From Pseudomonas phage PhiPA3: a stretch of 64,000 nt of DNA. The notes beneath the pieces were generated by a model. That model had not been told where the DNA came from and did no database searches. It was given only the letters and a program-made list of their open reading frames with translations. Below, in pieces: positions 61,551-64,000 of the stretch. The stretch lies in the sequence record HQ630627.1; one strand, given 5' to 3'. The position numbers and the translations under genes are program-made. Positions within the stretch are counted from its first letter, which is position 1, and each line of letters starts with the position of its first letter.

Positions 61551-63839
61551 TTACAGTGAGCAGGCGCCACCGGCGCAACCGCGAGTACCGTCATTATTCT
61601 CCAGCGCGGTTTCCAGCGCTTCGAGGGACAGGCTTGCAGTGGTTTCGGTGTTAATGTAGTAACGGGTCTTCACGCCCATCTTGACCGAATAGAAATGGTT
61701 AGAAAGCATCTCGTTCGAAGAGATCTTCTCGGCACCTACGATACGGCGCCACCAGTCACCAGAGATGGCCTGGTCAGTGAACTTCTGTGTGATGGCATAC
61801 ATATCGATCTGGTCTTTGATCTTGATATCGTAAGCCAGTTCGTAAACGTAAGCAGGATCGTCGCTATAGGGGGCAGCCCACTTGATCTTGTTATTAAGAT
61901 CGGATTTACCTAGAACCTTACGACGAACCGGGTACATGGAATTCGCACCACCCAGCGCTTTAGAAGACGCCTCGCCTGGCATGTAAGCAACCAGACTGGA
62001 GTGAGCGATACCACCTTGTTCGATGATCTGCTCGCGCAGCTTCTCCCAGTTGAAGTAGCTATCAAAGCCGCCTTCAACAATGGTGTCCACATTACGGTTA
62101 TAGGTATCGATCGGCAGCCAGCCTTCCGGCCACTTGGTCTTGTGAATCCACGGAGCATTACCACGTTCTTTGGCAATACGCAGAGAAGCTTCGATCATGT
62201 GGTACATGTGGCGTTCGGCCACAAAGTGAATCTCTTGCTTACCGTTGGGTTCAGAATACTTCAGACCAGCTCTAGCCAGATGAGTTGCCAGACCCATGAT
62301 ACCAACACCAGCATTCATACGTTGCTTGGCAGTGAACTCCAGGTGCGGGAACGCGTACTCTGCGTTGTTGATGCAGTAGTCGATCATCTTCAGAGCGTAG
62401 TAGCAAGCTTTCTGATACGTTTCCTTGTCCGGGATATTATCGACAGGAATGGCTGCCAGCGAGCAAGTCGAGATCTCACCACGACCATGGTCTTCTGTGG
62501 AATACAGATCGATCATGTTGTAGTAAGGGGCAGTCGGCTGAGTGATCTCCAGGCACAGGTTCGAGCTGTAGATCGGGTCTTTGAACGGAGTATGCCGGTT
62601 GATCTCGGAGATGTTCGCCATGTAGGCGGTACCCGTCTCGAAGCCTTCGTTCAGTACAACCTTCAGCAGATCACGTGCGTTGACGTAAACCTTCTTGAAA
62701 TTCGGGTCAGCTTCGTAGCGTTCGTAGATCTCTTTGAACAGTTCTTGATCCTTACCATAGAAAGCGGCATGCAGATCAGGAGCTGTGTAGACGTTGAACA
62801 GGAAGACTTCACCGCCCTTCTGTGCAGCCTTCTGGTTGAACAAGGTATTGTTGACCAGAGCGTAGTGCAGATCACGGTTCTTCTTGTCTTCAGTCGAACG
62901 CGGGTTACGCAGCTGAGAGATCAGCTCGCCTTCTGGATCGAACGCATTGTAGTAGAAGGTGATAGCACCACCACGACCTGCTTGGATGTTAGCACGAACA
63001 GCTTTACCCAGTGCATCGATGTAGGGTTTCTTACCGTTGTGAATAATGAGACCATTACGAACGGGGTCACCGATCGAACGACACATCATGTTCATGCCGA
63101 TCCCAGCAGATTTCTGGGTCATCATGTTCGCGATAAAGTCTCCAGTAGCCAGCGACTCGCCAGTATCACCAGAAGCAATGAGACAGCAAGAAGCGAAGCC
63201 ACGAAGAACAGTACCAAGGTTAACGTAGTTCGGAGTAGGTGCCGACAGCTGCTTACGAGAGAAGAGCTCGTAAAAATTCTTAACATGTTCCAGTCGCTCC
63301 GCTTTGGGTTCTTTCTCCGACAGAGTCATTGCCATCCGCATGTACACGAACTGAGGAGTTTCGTACTCCTTCTTGGTCAGTCGGTTTTGCAGAGCGTACT
63401 TGCTGCGAATGTGGTGCAGGGCAAAATGAGGAGTTTGCAGATCCAGTTCATGGTTCATGAACTTCTCGATCTGCTCGTATTCTTGGGTACTATAGTTCAG
63501 CTTGACCATAATACCATCTTTGCGCATGCGAGTGTGCAGCGCTTTAACGGTGGGGATACCGTCGTTCCCATAGAACTTCTTACGCAGCCATACGGCGTAC
63601 AGGCGCCCTGCCATCAGGTAGTAGGACCAAGTATCGCGGCTCAAGCATTCTTCAATCAGTTTCATCTGAAGTTCTTGAGAAGTCACGCGCTCGGGCAGGT
63701 GTTGGACAGTGTCCATTACCACAGAGCCCCAATCTACCATGTCGCCCAAAGTTGCAGCAGCCCATTCACCCCAGCGATTCAGTTTACCAGGGTTGAATTC
63801 CTGCTCGGTATTATCCAGCTTAATGATGGTCTTAATCAT
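61551..63839 (-). CDS. nrdA: ribonucleotide reductase class Ia alpha subunit
   Basis: 762 aa; N-terminal ATP-cone; C-terminal redox Cys pair ...CAGGACSL typical of NrdA. Confidence 0.9.
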   Translation of the reverse strand: MIKTIIKLDNTEQEFNPGKLNRWGEWAAATLGDMVDWGSVVMDTVQHLPERVTSQELQMKLIEECLSRDTWSYYLMAGRLYAVWLRKKFYGNDGIPTVKALHTRMRKDGIMVKLNYSTQEYEQIEKFMNHELDLQTPHFALHHIRSKYALQNRLTKKEYETPQFVYMRMAMTLSEKEPKAERLEHVKNFYELFSRKQLSAPTPNYVNLGTVLRGFASCCLIASGDTGESLATGDFIANMMTQKSAGIGMNMMCRSIGDPVRNGLIIHNGKKPYIDALGKAVRANIQAGRGGAITFYYNAFDPEGELISQLRNPRSTEDKKNRDLHYALVNNTLFNQKAAQKGGEVFLFNVYTAPDLHAAFYGKDQELFKEIYERYEADPNFKKVYVNARDLLKVVLNEGFETGTAYMANISEINRHTPFKDPIYSSNLCLEITQPTAPYYNMIDLYSTEDHGRGEISTCSLAAIPVDNIPDKETYQKACYYALKMIDYCINNAEYAFPHLEFTAKQRMNAGVGIMGLATHLARAGLKYSEPNGKQEIHFVAERHMYHMIEASLRIAKERGNAPWIHKTKWPEGWLPIDTYNRNVDTIVEGGFDSYFNWEKLREQIIEQGGIAHSSLVAYMPGEASSKALGGANSMYPVRRKVLGKSDLNNKIKWAAPYSDDPAYVYELAYDIKIKDQIDMYAITQKFTDQAISGDWWRRIVGAEKISSNEMLSNHFYSVKMGVKTRYYINTETTASLSLEALETALENNDGTRGCAGGACSL

Positions 63840-64000
63840 GTTCCGTTGAGTCCAGTGTCACGTAAAAAGTGTGGAACGAATCCGTTAACATAAACTAAAT
63901 TCATCCCAGTAATTTTACTTCCCCCGCGAATTAAAAATCTATTGCATAAGGTTGGAAGAAACTTACCGACCATAAAGAAGATAATGTGCAGATCTCTGCG

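Noticed and set aside
62001-63893. 630-aa + strand ORF antisense to nrdA
   Set aside because: The minus strand encodes an unmistakable NrdA with an ATP-cone and C-terminal CxxxxC. The antisense ORF is an artefact of the long open antisense frame.

Overview
The window looks like a segment of a large virulent dsDNA phage genome; the host is probably enterobacterial-type (GC near 50%, UUCG-loop terminators, AAGGAAAaTACAATG-style RBS). I found no integrase, transposase or CRISPR array. Layout: positions 1-48.9 kb carry about 100 tightly packed, mostly small + strand genes. These form transcription units, each bounded by a conserved promoter-like element (core CTA(T/C)ATTAC, 8 copies) and a rho-independent terminator, typically flanked by GGCATAA ... 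TTATGCC. From 49 to 64 kb the genes switch to the - strand: four tRNAs (Ser-UGA, Thr-UGU, Tyr-GUA-like, Asn-GUU) plus tRNA-Leu-UAA, a 619-aa Kelch beta-propeller protein with three downstream genes (possible host-recognition or structural module), several small genes, a secreted glycine-zipper protein, and class Ia ribonucleotide reductase nrdB-nrdA. Recognisable + strand products: an SspB-like ClpXP adaptor, a macro-domain protein, a thymidylate-synthase homolog with three large insertions (476 aa), a Cys-based (HCxAGxxR) phosphatase, an ATP-dependent RNA ligase with an N-terminal tRNA-binding-like OB domain, a Mesh1/SpoT-like HD (p)ppGpp hydrolase, a free-standing GIY-YIG nuclease, and a membrane-anchored BCS1-like AAA+ ATPase. 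Most remaining ORFs have no assignable function. Hunt highlights: (i) a tandem array of 7-9 small acidic paralogs (19.1-23.0 kb) sharing a central AIxGTLDAVxNxYE-like core and a conserved C-terminal tail [FLYW][WF][NDE]x[ILV][ST][NSG]-COOH; (ii) further tandem paralog sets (5955/6265; 33254/35037; 34062/34547; 37694/38531); (iii) a second conserved bipartite motif on the - strand (WTACTCA - N1 or N11-12 - TATGTRR) that begins at the stop codon of the upstream gene and lies 85-140 nt upstream of three tRNA transcription units; (iv) a ~400-nt GC-rich, stem-rich noncoding block (45.9-46.3 kb) and smaller tRNA-like hairpins; (v) a putative RNA-repair pairing (phosphatase plus RNA ligase) in a tRNA-rich phage. 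Coordinates of non-ORF elements are hand-derived and may be off by 1-3 nt.
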